Source: Nitrospinales bacterium
GTDB lineage: Bacteria > Nitrospinota > Nitrospinia > Nitrospinales > VA-1
Assembly: GCA_022450865.1 (NCBI GenBank)
Contig: JAKUOQ010000004.1
Coordinates: forward strand, 1-58,592
Direction of reading: 5' to 3'
Length of the DNA stretch: 58,592 bases
In this document: in pieces, positions 1 to 11,255 of the stretch
Layout: each line of letters begins with the position of its first letter
Position numbering within the stretch: the first letter of the stretch is position 1
Position numbers and translations under genes: made by a program
Notes under the pieces: model-generated
Database searches by the model: none
What the model was told of the DNA's origin: nothing
What the model saw: the letters and a program-made list of their open reading frames with translations, nothing else

Positions 1-18
1 CATCGGAGCAGATAAATA

Positions 19-999
19 ATGATCGTAGTTACTGGTGGAGCGGGCTTTATAGGAAGTGCCCTGATCCATGGATTAAATAATAAGGGTGTAAAAGAGATTT
101 GGGTTGTTGATCAGGTGGATCATCCTGAAAAACAGAAGAATTTGAATCCCCTTGTTTTTGATAAACTGGTCGACAAGGATGTTTTTTTAAATGATGTTTT
201 AGAAAAAAAACTTCCAAATTGTGATGCAATCTTTCATATGGGTGCTTGTTCTTCAACAACCGAAACTAATGAGTCGTTTTTGAATGAAAACAATTATGAA
301 TATACTCGACACTTGGCGAGTTTCTGTTTGGAAAAAGGGGTTCGATTTATTTATGCCTCCAGTGCGGCAACATATGGTGCGGGAGAAAATGGTTATTATG
401 ATAATGAATCTAGGCTCAAATTATTGCAACCCCTAAACTTGTATGGTGACAGCAAACAAAAGTTCGACTTATGGGCTCAAGCTCAAGGGGCATTAAAAAA
501 AATTGTAGGCTTGAAGTATTTCAATGTGTACGGTCCCAATGAATACCATAAACAGGAAATGCAAAGTATGGTGCGAAAAGGATTTCTTCAAGTGCGGGAT
601 ACAGGCAAATTGCGTTTGTTCAAATCCTACAAACCAGAATATGCTGACGGTGACCAGGAAAGGGATTTTTTATACATCAAAGATGCTGTTTCCATGACCT
701 TATATTTTTTAGATCGGCCTAATCTTGGAGGAATTTTTAATGTGGGCTCAGGAAAAGCAAGAAACTGGAATGATTTAGCAAAGGCTATTTTTTCAGCTAT
801 GAATAAGAAAGAAAATATTGAATATATTGATATGCCTTCGGCGCTTATAAACCAGTATCAATATCATACTTGCTCAGAAACCCAAAAAATTCTTAATTCC
901 GGTTACTCGGATCCGGTAATGTCTTTGGAAGAAGGTATTGCAGATTATGTTGGGCAATACCTAATCCTCGGTAAGCATTTAGGCTCACGTGCTACATAA
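19..999 (+). CDS. hldD: ADP-L-glycero-D-manno-heptose 6-epimerase
   Basis: SDR motifs TGGAGFIG, HMGACSSTTE, YGDSK, LKYFNVYGPNEYHK; adjacent to hldE/gmhA. Confidence 0.95.
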   Translation: MIVVTGGAGFIGSALIHGLNNKGVKEIWVVDQVDHPEKQKNLNPLVFDKLVDKDVFLNDVLEKKLPNCDAIFHMGACSSTTETNESFLNENNYEYTRHLASFCLEKGVRFIYASSAATYGAGENGYYDNESRLKLLQPLNLYGDSKQKFDLWAQAQGALKKIVGLKYFNVYGPNEYHKQEMQSMVRKGFLQVRDTGKLRLFKSYKPEYADGDQERDFLYIKDAVSMTLYFLDRPNLGGIFNVGSGKARNWNDLAKAIFSAMNKKENIEYIDMPSALINQYQYHTCSETQKILNSGYSDPVMSLEEGIADYVGQYLILGKHLGSRAT

Positions 1000-1031
1000 A
1001 ACAGTTGGGATTTTTATTAAAGGTGATGCTT

Positions 1032-2519
1032 CTAATTTCCTTTGCTATCTCCTGAAGGGCGATGGTTCGCAAGAATTTTTTCCAGTGTCATAGTTGTGGA
1101 GTGCCCCTTTACAATGGGGATGAGTTTCACATGGGCCCCATAACCTTCAACTATCTCTCGGCCGACTACGTCATCTATTTTATAGTCGTCGCCTTTAACC
1201 AGAATATCCGGTCTTATTTCCCTAATTAGTTTTTCTGGTGTGGCTTCATTGAACAGGGTGATGTAATCAATAAACTTCAGCGCTGAAAGAATATTGGCGC
1301 GTTCCTTTTCGGTTTTAATGGGTCGCCCTTCTCCCTTTAAATTTTTTACAGAATTATCTGTATTGAGTCCAACCACTAAAATATCTCCCAAGGATTTGGC
1401 TTTTTGCAAAAACTCGATATGGCCTCCATGAATGATGTCAAAACAGCCATTGGTAAAAACAACCTTTTTTTCGGTACTTTTTGCTAAACCAATGATCTTT
1501 TTTAATTCATCAATTTCCAGAACCGTGTGAGAAGTTCGAAGCATTTCTTCATAAAGAAATTCGTTGATTTCGTTTAGAGTGACCACAGCAGTTCCTACTT
1601 TCCCTACCACGATACTAGCTGCCATATTGGAAAGCCATGCGGCCTCTTTAAAACTGAAACCTGCAAATACCGCTATGCTAAAAACACTAATTACTGTATC
1701 TCCCGCGCCTGTAACATCGAAAACTTCTTTTGCCTCTGTTTGAATGGAAATGGGTTTTGCCTTATTCTGAAAAAGAGTCATACCATCTTTTCCTTGAGTG
1801 ATGAGGATAGCTTCCGAGCGAGTGAGATTTAAAAGGTATTCTGCTGCACGATCTAGGTTTTCCTTGTTGGTTATTTTTATGGGCACAGATCGAGCAACTT
1901 CTTTCAAATTTGGTGTGATGACAGTTGCATTTTTATAAAGCGAAAAGTCTGAACTTTTGGGGTCAACAATTACAGGCTTTTTAGCTTTTTTGGCCTTATG
2001 CATGATTGCATGAATCACTTTTTTAGTAAGGATTCCCTTTTGATAATCAGAGCAAATAACACCATCCATGCTTGGAAGCATTTGGTTAATGTATTGAATA
2101 AGTTTTTTTTCGGTCTCTGCTGTAATGGGTCGGTTATCTTCCTTATCGATTCTCATAACCTGTTGGTTGTGCGCAATAATTCTCATTTTCGATGTGGTGG
2201 GACGATGCACAAAACGAAATATTCCTTCAGTTTGGATAGATCGGTTATGGATGGTTTGTAAAAGTTTGTCGCCTTTTTCATCCTGGCCAATAGCACCACA
2301 AAGATGAATTTCGCAACCTAATGCCACCAGGTTGTTGGCAACATTGGCAGCACCCCCCAAAGCCAGGGTTTCTGAACGAGTTTCAAGAATAGGAACAGGG
2401 GCTTCAGGAGATATTCGATTGATTCCACCCCATATATATTCATCTAGTATAAGATCGCCGACCACTAAAATTTTAGGTCGTTTTTTTTGCTCAAAGAAAT
2501 TCTTGAATCGTTCTCTCAT
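1032..2519 (-). CDS. hldE: Bifunctional heptose-7-phosphate kinase / heptose-1-phosphate adenylyltransferase
   Basis: RISPEAPVP and DVTGAGDT (PfkB kinase) plus C-terminal FTNGCFDIIHGGH cytidylyltransferase domain. Confidence 0.95.
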   Translation of the reverse strand: MRERFKNFFEQKKRPKILVVGDLILDEYIWGGINRISPEAPVPILETRSETLALGGAANVANNLVALGCEIHLCGAIGQDEKGDKLLQTIHNRSIQTEGIFRFVHRPTTSKMRIIAHNQQVMRIDKEDNRPITAETEKKLIQYINQMLPSMDGVICSDYQKGILTKKVIHAIMHKAKKAKKPVIVDPKSSDFSLYKNATVITPNLKEVARSVPIKITNKENLDRAAEYLLNLTRSEAILITQGKDGMTLFQNKAKPISIQTEAKEVFDVTGAGDTVISVFSIAVFAGFSFKEAAWLSNMAASIVVGKVGTAVVTLNEINEFLYEEMLRTSHTVLEIDELKKIIGLAKSTEKKVVFTNGCFDIIHGGHIEFLQKAKSLGDILVVGLNTDNSVKNLKGEGRPIKTEKERANILSALKFIDYITLFNEATPEKLIREIRPDILVKGDDYKIDDVVGREIVEGYGAHVKLIPIVKGHSTTMTLEKILANHRPSGDSKGN

Positions 2520-3080
2520 TTACAAGTCTTCTTCTATAATTTCACAGATGATATGACCGATGGTAATGTGGACTTCCTGGATTCGAGCCGTATCGTTTGA
2601 AGGGATAATAATTGGAAGGTTTACAGCATCTTTTAATTTTCCACCATCGTTACCAAGAAGTCCAATAGTGAAAGCACCTATAGAGTTGGCCTTATTGACA
2701 GCCCGTATAATATTTTCAGAATTTCCACTGGTGCTGATACCTATAACCGCATCGTTTTTATTTGCAAGGGCTTCAACCTGTCTTTCGAATATAGTATCGA
2801 ATCCATAATCATTACCGAGGGCAGTTAAAGAAGAGGTGTCGACAGTCAAAGCGAGCGCAGGCATGGCTTTTCTTTCTTTTTTAAACCGACCAACCAGTTC
2901 AGCAGCAATATGTTGGGCATCGGCTGCGCTGCCACCATTACCCATCAACATTAGCTTGCCTCCAGCCTCCAGGCGGTCTTGAATTTTCTGGGCGGCATCT
3001 AGAATTTCAGAAGAAAGAGTTTCAGCTACTGTTTTTTTTAAATCAGCGCTTATATTGAGTAGATTTTTTACGCGTTCCAT
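2520..3080 (-). CDS. gmhA: Phosphoheptose isomerase
   Basis: GNGGSAADAQH, GNDYGF, STSGNS, RIQEVH; start moved to ATG at 3080; stop abuts hldE start. Confidence 0.95.
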   Translation of the reverse strand: MERVKNLLNISADLKKTVAETLSSEILDAAQKIQDRLEAGGKLMLMGNGGSAADAQHIAAELVGRFKKERKAMPALALTVDTSSLTALGNDYGFDTIFERQVEALANKNDAVIGISTSGNSENIIRAVNKANSIGAFTIGLLGNDGGKLKDAVNLPIIIPSNDTARIQEVHITIGHIICEIIEEDL

Positions 3081-3165
3081 ATCTAATTTCTGTTCAAATA
3101 AATATTTTTTGTATTTATAGAGGCCCTTTATCTGCAAAGCTGAAAAAATATTTTCCCGATGATAA

Positions 3166-4104
3166 TCAGGAAGAGTTGAGCTGTTCTTGAAAATATTTTA
3201 GCGTGGACTTCAATCCTTCATCCAAGCTAACTTTTGGTTCCCAGTTTAGTAAAGTTTTTGCAAGAGTTATGTTTGGTTGACGAGTTTTAGGATCATCCTC
3301 TGGCAAAGGAACTTGTACGATTTTACTCTTGCTTCCGGTTGCTTGCAAAATTTTATCGGTCAAACTTTGGATTGTCATTTCATTAGGGTTGCCAATATTA
3401 ACTGGCTTGTTTTGCTCGGACATCAGTAATCGACAAATGCCTTCTATAAGATCTGAAACAAAACAAAAACTACGTGTTTGCGAACCATTGCCGTATACCG
3501 TCAAGTCTTTGCCCGTCAACGCTTGTTTGATAAAGTTGGGTATTGCACGACCATCGTTGATACGCATTCTTGGCCCGTAGGTATTGAATATGCGAACAAT
3601 TTTAGTATTGATGCCGTGCGTCCTGTGGTATGCCATGGTAATAGCTTCCGCAAATCTTTTTGCTTCATCATAAACGCCTCGCGGGCCTATTGGATTAACA
3701 TTTCCCCAATATTCTTCTGGTTGGGGATGAACTAAAGGATCACCATAAACTTCGGATGTAGAGGCCAGCAGAAACACAGCATTTTTTGCCTTTGCAAGGC
3801 CTAATGCGTTATGGGTTCCCAATGCCCCAACTTTTAATGTTTGTATTGGTAACTCCAGATAGTCTATGGGACTTGCGGGAGATGCGAAATGGAGAATGTA
3901 GTCCAGATCTCCATCCAATTTAATAAATTCGGACACATTATGATTGACGAAACGAAAGTTACTACTTTTGATGCCAGAAATATTTTGTTTCGATCCCGTG
4001 ATCAAATTATCCATACAGATCACTTCGTGGCCTTTATCAAGTAAGTATTCGCATAAATGGGATCCTAAAAACCCTGCCCCACCTGTAACCAAAGTTCTTG
4101 GCAT
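3166..4104 (-). CDS. UDP-glucuronate decarboxylase family SDR
   Basis: [39 protein letters not shown]. Confidence 0.9.
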   Translation of the reverse strand: MPRTLVTGGAGFLGSHLCEYLLDKGHEVICMDNLITGSKQNISGIKSSNFRFVNHNVSEFIKLDGDLDYILHFASPASPIDYLELPIQTLKVGALGTHNALGLAKAKNAVFLLASTSEVYGDPLVHPQPEEYWGNVNPIGPRGVYDEAKRFAEAITMAYHRTHGINTKIVRIFNTYGPRMRINDGRAIPNFIKQALTGKDLTVYGNGSQTRSFCFVSDLIEGICRLLMSEQNKPVNIGNPNEMTIQSLTDKILQATGSKSKIVQVPLPEDDPKTRQPNITLAKTLLNWEPKVSLDEGLKSTLKYFQEQLNSS

Positions 4105-4136
4105 ATTGACTCCTTGAATTTTCTAATAATAAAAAT

Positions 4137-5066
4137 TTACCCCAATTTATCTCCGGGGTTAATTTTATAACCTGAGAGAAAACTTTTTACTGGCATTGCC
4201 TTTTTCCCTTCGGGTTTAAGCTCAGTAATTTTTAATCGCTTTTCCCCTGTGCCAACTTCAATGCCGGAATCGGTGATACGTTCAATATAACCAGGGCGAT
4301 CTGAAGGTTCACCTTTAACGACTTCGCTCTTTAAGATACAAAGCCTTTTTCCGTTAAACAAAGTATATGTTCCTGGCCATGGGGTCAGGCCTCGAATTTT
4401 GTTTAAGATATTATTGGCAGACATTTTCCAATCGATCAGGCTTTCTTCCTTTTTTAATTTTGGAGCATAACTAGCTAAATCAGAATCCTGAGGTGTAGGC
4501 AAAAGATTATTCTTTTCTAAAAGAGCAAGGGTCTCAAGAACAAGTTTTCCACCCTGCTCGGCTAGTTTGTCATGTAAGGATTTTGCATCGTCATCTTTCT
4601 CTATTGAGGTTTCTCTAATGAGTAATATGTCTCCTGTATCCATTCCTTTGTCCATTATCATCGTAGTGACCCCCGAGCGGGCATCTCCATTAAGGATGGC
4701 ACGGTTAATAGGAGCAGCCCCCCGATATTTTGGTAAGAGAGAAGAATGTAAATTGATGCAAAACTGTTTAGGAACTTTGAGTAGGGCTTCGTGGAGTATC
4801 TGTCCGAAAGCGACCACGATGATGTAATCTGGGCGCTTTTCTAAAAGAAATTGAATAAAATTTTCAGCGTTGACATTTTCAGGTTGTAGCAAAGGAATAT
4901 TATTTTCAATGGCAAAATTTTTAATAGGAGACGCGACCTTTATTTGCCCGCGGCCTTTGGGTCGATCGGGTTGGGTTACTACAGATATAATAGAATGGGA
5001 AGAGTTGTAGATTTTTCTTAATGTAGGAAGCGCGAACTCAGGGGTTCCCATAAACACTATGTTCAT
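4137..5066 (-). CDS. fmt: Methionyl-tRNA formyltransferase
   Basis: FMGTPEF, NLHSSLLPKYRGAAP, MDTGD; ATGA overlap with def. Confidence 0.97.
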   Translation of the reverse strand: MNIVFMGTPEFALPTLRKIYNSSHSIISVVTQPDRPKGRGQIKVASPIKNFAIENNIPLLQPENVNAENFIQFLLEKRPDYIIVVAFGQILHEALLKVPKQFCINLHSSLLPKYRGAAPINRAILNGDARSGVTTMIMDKGMDTGDILLIRETSIEKDDDAKSLHDKLAEQGGKLVLETLALLEKNNLLPTPQDSDLASYAPKLKKEESLIDWKMSANNILNKIRGLTPWPGTYTLFNGKRLCILKSEVVKGEPSDRPGYIERITDSGIEVGTGEKRLKITELKPEGKKAMPVKSFLSGYKINPGDKLG

Positions 5067-5575
5067 TCTTCCTGCTCTTTAAGTTTCTTTTTAAATTTTC
5101 TCTTTAGGATATCCCTCTTTATTTTTCCCAGGCTGTCCCAAAATAAAATACCGTTTAAATGATCCATTTCATGCTGTAAGGCTCGGGCGAGCAAACCACT
5201 GGCTTCATAGCGAATATCCTTGCCATTAAGGTCAACAGCTTTTATTTCAATTTGAATTGCACGGTTCACTTCGACAACCACATCAGGAATGCTTAGGCAA
5301 CCTTCTTCGCCAGATTCGCTACCCTCCATAGCGGTGATTTCTGGGTTGATGAGAGTGATCAAATTATCGGTATCTGTTTCGACTCCCATATTAACTACAA
5401 AAACTCTCCAAGGAACTCCAATCTGGTTTGCTGCCAAACCAATTCCCGGGGCAGCCAAGGTGGTCTCAATCATATCCTTAGAAAGGGTGATCAGCTCTCC
5501 ATCAATATTTTTAACGATTTCACATTGTTTTCTTAAAACCGGATCGAAGCAATTTTTGATGGGTCTTAGTGCCAT
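5063..5575 (-). CDS. def: Peptide deformylase
   Basis: GIGLAANQ, EGCLS, QHEMDH. Confidence 0.97.
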   Translation of the reverse strand: MALRPIKNCFDPVLRKQCEIVKNIDGELITLSKDMIETTLAAPGIGLAANQIGVPWRVFVVNMGVETDTDNLITLINPEITAMEGSESGEEGCLSIPDVVVEVNRAIQIEIKAVDLNGKDIRYEASGLLARALQHEMDHLNGILFWDSLGKIKRDILKRKFKKKLKEQEE

Positions 5576-5622
5576 TTTTATATTTGTTTATTTAAAGATG
5601 TATTTTGATAGATTCTATCAAG

Positions 5623-6834
5623 CTAGGTGGTATATTCTGCATTTATTTTTACATAATTGTAGGATAGGTCGCAGGTTAAAACTTCCTCCCATTCTTTGCC
5701 ACATTTTAAATCAATGATGATGTTGATTTCATATTTTTTCATTGCTTTTTCTAGTATTTTTTGAGGCAGATTAGTCGGATTTCCATTTTTTAAAAGCAAA
5801 TTTTTATTTAATAAAATATCTACTTTATCAGGATTAAAGGGTACACCGGCATTTCCTACGGCACAAAAAATCCGCCCCCAGTTTGGATCTTCTCCAAACA
5901 ATGCTGTTTTAACAAGAGATGAGGTGGCAACAGAGTTTGCAATAAGGTATGCCTGTTTACGTGTTTTTCCTCCCTGAACCCGTACCGTGACGAACTTGGT
6001 TGCTCCTTCTCCATCGAGAACAATTTTGGAGGCTAGGTTTTTGCTCAGCTTCATCAAAGCTTTTAAAAATACTCGATAGGCAGGAGTATTTGGTTTTATG
6101 GCTGGGTTTTTTGCTTTTCCATTGGCAAGGATTGCAACGCAGTCGTTGGTGCTGTTGTCTCCATCTACTGTGATGCGGTTAAATGAGCGGTTTGTTGCTT
6201 CTTTTAAGGCCATTTTTAGGGTTTTTGCGTCAATGACTGCATCGGTGAATAAAAACCCAAGCATGGTTGCCATGTCAGGATGAATCATGCCCGAGCCTTT
6301 AGTAATCCCTCCAATAGAAATGTTTTTTCCTTTAAAGGGATATTTAATGTAGTCTGATTTGGATATCAGATCGGTGGTCATGATGGCCTCGGATGCATCG
6401 GTCCAATTTTTAGCTGTCCCTCCTAATTTTGCAATCAGATTTGGAGTGGCCTTTATAATTTTTTCTGAGGGAAGAGGTATACCAATAATCCCTGTGGAAG
6501 CAATGAAAACTTCTTTTTGTAGAATGCCAAGTTCGTCCGCCACTTTTTTGGTGATTGTATCGCAATCTTTTAATCCTTTTGGACCGGTCACCGTATTTGC
6601 ATTGCCACTATTAATTATAATAGCGCGGCAGCTACCTGACTTTGCGAGTGCTTTACGACTCCAGATGACAGCCGGAGAGACAACTCGGTTTTTGGTAAAC
6701 ACAGCTGCAGCCGTCGCGGGAACCTCGGATACTATGAGAGCGAGGTCTTTGATATTTTTGTCTTTTATTCCACAATGTAGCCCTGTTGCTTTAAAGCCCG
6801 GTACTGAAGGATTGCGGTTTTTTAATATCTTCAT
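5623..6834 (-). CDS. argJ: Glutamate N-acetyltransferase / ornithine acetyltransferase
   Basis: KGSGMIHPDMATML autocleavage site, DGDNSTND, DGEGATK, C-terminal YVKINAEYTT. Confidence 0.97.
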   Translation of the reverse strand: MKILKNRNPSVPGFKATGLHCGIKDKNIKDLALIVSEVPATAAAVFTKNRVVSPAVIWSRKALAKSGSCRAIIINSGNANTVTGPKGLKDCDTITKKVADELGILQKEVFIASTGIIGIPLPSEKIIKATPNLIAKLGGTAKNWTDASEAIMTTDLISKSDYIKYPFKGKNISIGGITKGSGMIHPDMATMLGFLFTDAVIDAKTLKMALKEATNRSFNRITVDGDNSTNDCVAILANGKAKNPAIKPNTPAYRVFLKALMKLSKNLASKIVLDGEGATKFVTVRVQGGKTRKQAYLIANSVATSSLVKTALFGEDPNWGRIFCAVGNAGVPFNPDKVDILLNKNLLLKNGNPTNLPQKILEKAMKKYEINIIIDLKCGKEWEEVLTCDLSYNYVKINAEYTT

Positions 6835-6840
6835 GATTTT

Positions 6841-7878
6841 TTATGGGAAAATTCCGGGTGATTGAAGACCCAATTTTTCTTCAAACCCTTGCATGATGTT
6901 CATATTTTGAATGGCTTGACCAGAAGCACCTTTTACAAGGTTATCTAGTGCACTTGTAATGATCAGCCTGCCCACCCGCGTATCTACTTTGATTCCAATG
7001 TCGCAGAAATTGGAACGGGAAACAGGATGAGTACTGGCAACCTTGCCTTTACTTAGGATTCGAAGGAAGTATTCATTACTATAAAACTTTTGATAATGCT
7101 CAATAAGATCGTCTTCATTTAACTTCTTTTTTAAATTAATATAAACCGTGCTCAGCATTCCTCGACTCATTGGAATCAGGTGAGGAGAAAAACTTATTTT
7201 AATCGGTTTTCCAGCTAGACCTGAAAGTTCCTGTTCCATTTCGGGGGTATGACGGTGGCCGGCCAAGCCATAAGGGGTCACACCTTCGTTTGCTTCAGAA
7301 AAATGAGTTGTTGTAGATAGTTTTCTCCCTGCACCTGAAATACCCGATTTACTGTCAGAGATAATGCTCGTTAAATCTACCCAATCGGTTTTCATCAATG
7401 GTGCGAGAGCAAGAATCACACTGGTAGGGTAGCAGCCTGGGTTAGCGACCACCTGCGCACTTTTAATTTTTTCGCGGTGCAATTCCGAAAGACCATATAC
7501 AGTCTGAGATAATAACTCAGGATGTGTGTGAGTCAGCGCGTACCATTTAGGGTAAGCATTAGGATCTTGTAATCGATAGTCCGCACTAAGATCCACTACC
7601 TTACAATTTGACTTTATTATTTGCGGCAATTTATCCATGCCGGTAGTGTGAGGCAACGCAAGGAAGACAACATCACAGCTTTTAAAAATTCCACTATCGA
7701 GAGGTTGCAGCTCAATGTCGATGATTCCATTTAATGACGGAAAGACATCGGAAATAGATTTTCCTTTATATGTTTCGGAAGTCAAAACGGATAATTCGGT
7801 TTCAGAGTGATTTGCCAGAAGGCGTATCAATTCGAGTCCGGTATATCCGCTGGCTCCAGCAATGCCAACTTTTATCAT
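6841..7878 (-). CDS. argC: N-acetyl-gamma-glutamyl-phosphate reductase
   Basis: GASGYTG, ANPGCYPT, DNLVKGASGQA. Confidence 0.97.
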   Translation of the reverse strand: MIKVGIAGASGYTGLELIRLLANHSETELSVLTSETYKGKSISDVFPSLNGIIDIELQPLDSGIFKSCDVVFLALPHTTGMDKLPQIIKSNCKVVDLSADYRLQDPNAYPKWYALTHTHPELLSQTVYGLSELHREKIKSAQVVANPGCYPTSVILALAPLMKTDWVDLTSIISDSKSGISGAGRKLSTTTHFSEANEGVTPYGLAGHRHTPEMEQELSGLAGKPIKISFSPHLIPMSRGMLSTVYINLKKKLNEDDLIEHYQKFYSNEYFLRILSKGKVASTHPVSRSNFCDIGIKVDTRVGRLIITSALDNLVKGASGQAIQNMNIMQGFEEKLGLQSPGIFP

Positions 7879-8027
7879 AATAAAAGACTCCTATAAAGAT
7901 AGGATTTTACTTCAATAATAATGGTTTTTTAGAAAAAGAGGTGTTTTTTTCCTGCAAGGTTTTGCGGCTTGGCAAAGCTCAAACACATACTCGCATACGA
8001 TACGAAGGAAAATTGCCAGTTGATTAT

Positions 8028-8417
8028 TTATCTCTTAGAGAACTGGAATTTTTTACGTGCGCCAGGCTGCCCGTATTTCTTTCTTTCTACAGCTCTGGAA
8101 TCTCGGGTGAGGAATCCTGCTTTCTTGAGAGGTGCTCGTAGACTTGAGTTGGTCAAAATAAGAGCTCGGGAAATACCCAGACGAAGAGCACCAGACTGGC
8201 CTGAAAGCCCGCCTCCTTTAACCGTAGCTTTAATATCAATCGACTTAAGAGTATCAGTCTCAATCAAAGGATGTTTGATAATGCATTCCAAGCTTTCGCG
8301 GCAAAAATATTCTTTAAGGGATTTATTATTAACAGTGATATTTCCCTTACCCGCTTGAACCCATACTTTGGCTATGGATTCTTTTCGCTTTCCAGTTGCA
8401 TAAAATCGTTCGATCAT
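8028..8417 (-). CDS. rpsI: 30S ribosomal protein S9
   Basis: YATGKRK, GGGLSGQ, ERKKYG, C-terminal QFSKR. Confidence 0.98.
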   Translation of the reverse strand: MIERFYATGKRKESIAKVWVQAGKGNITVNNKSLKEYFCRESLECIIKHPLIETDTLKSIDIKATVKGGGLSGQSGALRLGISRALILTNSSLRAPLKKAGFLTRDSRAVERKKYGQPGARKKFQFSKR

Positions 8418-8453
8418 AATTGTTATTACTCTCCGTCTTTTCTTATAAGTAGA

Positions 8454-8885
8454 TTAAATAGCTACGTTTTCGGGATTCTGGCTTCCGTGTGGATGCTCTG
8501 CCGTATCGTATATTCTATAATTATTATTCAAGGTGCGACCCAGTCTATTTTTAGGTAACATTCCACGAATGGCTTTTTGCAACAGATCTGAAGGCTTTTT
8601 TTCCAACATTTCTTTAGCAGTGATGGATTTGATTCCTCCAGACCAACCAGTATGGTGGTAATAGATTTTGTCGTCCCATTTTTTCCCGGTTAGTTTTACC
8701 TTAGCGGCATTGATAATGATTACATTATCCCCGGTGTCTGTATGCGGGGTAAAAGTTGGTTTGGTTTTTCCGCGAATTATTGATGCGGCTTTGCTGGCGA
8801 TTCTTCCCAGAACCTTATCTGTTGCGTCAATGAGCACCCATTTTTTCTCGACTTCGCCAGGTTTTGCAAAATAAGTTGTTTTCAT
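8454..8885 (-). CDS. rplM: 50S ribosomal protein L13
   Basis: [21 protein letters not shown]; start set at MKTT because the longer ORF start overlaps the -10 box. Confidence 0.97.
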   Translation of the reverse strand: MKTTYFAKPGEVEKKWVLIDATDKVLGRIASKAASIIRGKTKPTFTPHTDTGDNVIIINAAKVKLTGKKWDDKIYYHHTGWSGGIKSITAKEMLEKKPSDLLQKAIRGMLPKNRLGRTLNNNYRIYDTAEHPHGSQNPENVAI

Positions 8886-8934
8886 TATATATCCGGCTGT
8901 TTTGATATTAAATTTCAAATGTTTTAAACCCCGC

Positions 8935-8963
8935 ATGGTAAAAGAGATTTATAACATTGTCAA
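8935..8963 (-). promoter_or_regulatory. sigma70-type promoter of rplM-rpsI
   Basis: TTGACA-17 nt-TACCAT on the minus strand. Confidence 0.7.
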
Positions 8964-9065
8964 TGGGTTTTGTTCGGCTCCGCTATATGGTGGGTTTTGC
9001 TTTATAGCATAAAATGGGTTAATTTAGTCTTTTCTTTGGAAATTTTGAGAATATTAGCTAACTGC

Positions 9066-11021
9066 ATGGAAAATATGGATAAATTTACGGAAATGGAAGA
9101 GACCTCTGCGTCATCTGATGGTTCGACTATGACTGAGGAGGTGTTATGCCGCTCTATTGAAAGGTCACAAGATTATCTGTTATCTCGTCAACATGAAAAG
9201 GGCTATTGGGTAGATGAACTGGAGGCTAATGTGACCATTTCTGCCGAACTGATTTTCTTCATGCATTTCACAGATCGATTGGACGCCGAAAGGCAACAAA
9301 AGATAGTCAATTACCTGTTTCATATGCAGCGGGAAGATGGTAGTTGGCCACTTTTCCATGGTGGCTTGTGCGACATCAATTCTACGGTTGAGTCTTATAT
9401 GGCGTTAAAAATTGCGGGGGTGCCGGCCGACCGGGAAGAAATGGTGCGTGCTAGAAACGCAATCCGAAAAAACGGCGGTATAAAGAAGACCCGTGTTTTC
9501 ACCAAAATATTTCTCGCTATGTTCGGCCAGATATCTTGGGATGTTTGCCCTGCTATCCCCATGGAAATCATTTTATTGCCCAATAGGTTCTATTTTAATA
9601 TTTACGAAATTTCCAGTTGGTCGAGGGGAACCTTGGTGCCACTCTCTCTTGTGCGCTCTATTGAGCCGGTGCACCTTTTGCCCGCAGGTCGGGATATTCA
9701 GGAGTTGTTTACAGAAAACGACCGTGACCTCAATTTTATACCCAGCGGCTTGCCGTTCACAAGCTGGAAAAACACATTTATTTATCTAGATCGAATACTA
9801 AAACTCGCCGGCAAATCTCCTTGGAAACCTTTTCGAAAAATGGCAATGCGTGAGGTAGAAAAATGGATACTAGAGCATCAGGAAGAGGAAGGAGATTGGG
9901 CTGGAATCCAGCCTGCTATGCTCAATTCTCTTTTGGCTTTGCATTTTTTAGGGTATTCGAAGGAGCATCCCGCGTGCGTCAAAGGAATGGAAGCGGTTGA
10001 TCGATTTCTTTTGGAAAAAGAAGATAGGCTTTGGATGCAGGCCTGCGTTTCACCTTTATGGGATACCGCAATTTGTTTGAACGCTCTAATGGATTCAGGA
10101 GTGCCTACGGATCACCCTGCTTTGATAAAAGCCGGCGAATGGATTCTTTCTAAACAGGTGGTCAAACGTGGCGATTGGCAAATTAAGAACCCGGATGCAG
10201 AACCCGGTGGGTGGGCGTTTGAGTTTTATAATGAATTGTATCCCGACACAGACGATACCGCAGAAATTTTAATGGCCTTAAATCGGTTAGAACTTCCCGA
10301 TGTCCGAGACAAGCTTAGCGAATGTCAAAGAGCCATGAATTGGTTGCTTAGCATGCAAAGTAAAAATGGGGGATGGGGAGCTTTTGATATCGATAATGAT
10401 AAAGAGGTTTTAAATGAAGTTCCTTTTGCTGACCATAAGGCTTTGCTCGATTCGCCTACCATTGATGTGTCCAGTCGAATTTTATGGATGTTGTCCACAT
10501 GGGGGTTCAAAAGGGAACACCCTCAAGTTGCTAGTGCCTTAAAATTTGTAAAGGATAACCAAGAGCTGGATGGATGCTGGTTTGGTCGTTGGGGCGTTAA
10601 TTATATTTATGGAACATTTTTGGCTTTGAACGGATTATTGGCAATGGGGGAAGACATGAATCAACCTTTTAACCAAAAAGCCATTCAATGGTTAGAAACA
10701 CATCAAAATGAAGATGGTGGATGGGGTGAAACCTGCCAGAGTTATGAAGAGCCTAGTTTGCGTGGACGTGGCAATAGTACAGCTTCTCAAACAGCCTGGG
10801 CGTTACTGGGACTGATCGCAGGTGGTGAAGCTAAGGGTGATGTAGCTAAACGCGGGGTGGGATTTTTATTACGCAATCAAAATGAATTGGGAACCTGGTG
10901 GGAAGATGAATTTACAGGAACAGGGTTTCCCATCCATTTCTTCATCAAATACCATATGTACCAGCACTTCTTTCCTTTGATGGCACTTGGTCGATACCGA
11001 CAGGCAATTAAAAAGGATTGA
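9066..11021 (+). CDS. shc: Squalene-hopene cyclase
   Basis: DTDDTA (DXDD) catalytic motif, QW repeats (QREDGSW, QNEDGGWGE), FTGTGFP; exact start uncertain (9066 or a nearby ATG). Confidence 0.95.
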   Translation: MENMDKFTEMEETSASSDGSTMTEEVLCRSIERSQDYLLSRQHEKGYWVDELEANVTISAELIFFMHFTDRLDAERQQKIVNYLFHMQREDGSWPLFHGGLCDINSTVESYMALKIAGVPADREEMVRARNAIRKNGGIKKTRVFTKIFLAMFGQISWDVCPAIPMEIILLPNRFYFNIYEISSWSRGTLVPLSLVRSIEPVHLLPAGRDIQELFTENDRDLNFIPSGLPFTSWKNTFIYLDRILKLAGKSPWKPFRKMAMREVEKWILEHQEEEGDWAGIQPAMLNSLLALHFLGYSKEHPACVKGMEAVDRFLLEKEDRLWMQACVSPLWDTAICLNALMDSGVPTDHPALIKAGEWILSKQVVKRGDWQIKNPDAEPGGWAFEFYNELYPDTDDTAEILMALNRLELPDVRDKLSECQRAMNWLLSMQSKNGGWGAFDIDNDKEVLNEVPFADHKALLDSPTIDVSSRILWMLSTWGFKREHPQVASALKFVKDNQELDGCWFGRWGVNYIYGTFLALNGLLAMGEDMNQPFNQKAIQWLETHQNEDGGWGETCQSYEEPSLRGRGNSTASQTAWALLGLIAGGEAKGDVAKRGVGFLLRNQNELGTWWEDEFTGTGFPIHFFIKYHMYQHFFPLMALGRYRQAIKKD

Positions 11022-11255
11022 ATCTGAAAATAAAGCAATTTTTAGATTTTAATGACATAGAAATTTTTGATACTATTAGGTTTACAAATACTTAACGATA
11101 AAACTGCTTATTACTCAAAAAACCTGTCCAATTTTTGTCGTATCTAGTTATTGTAAGGAGAGACTTGGCTAGGTTTCTTTAATTTCATTTTTATGTAGGC
11201 ACTATAAAATTAGTGTATAAAATTAAATCATTTTTTAAAATCATGAGAGCTGATA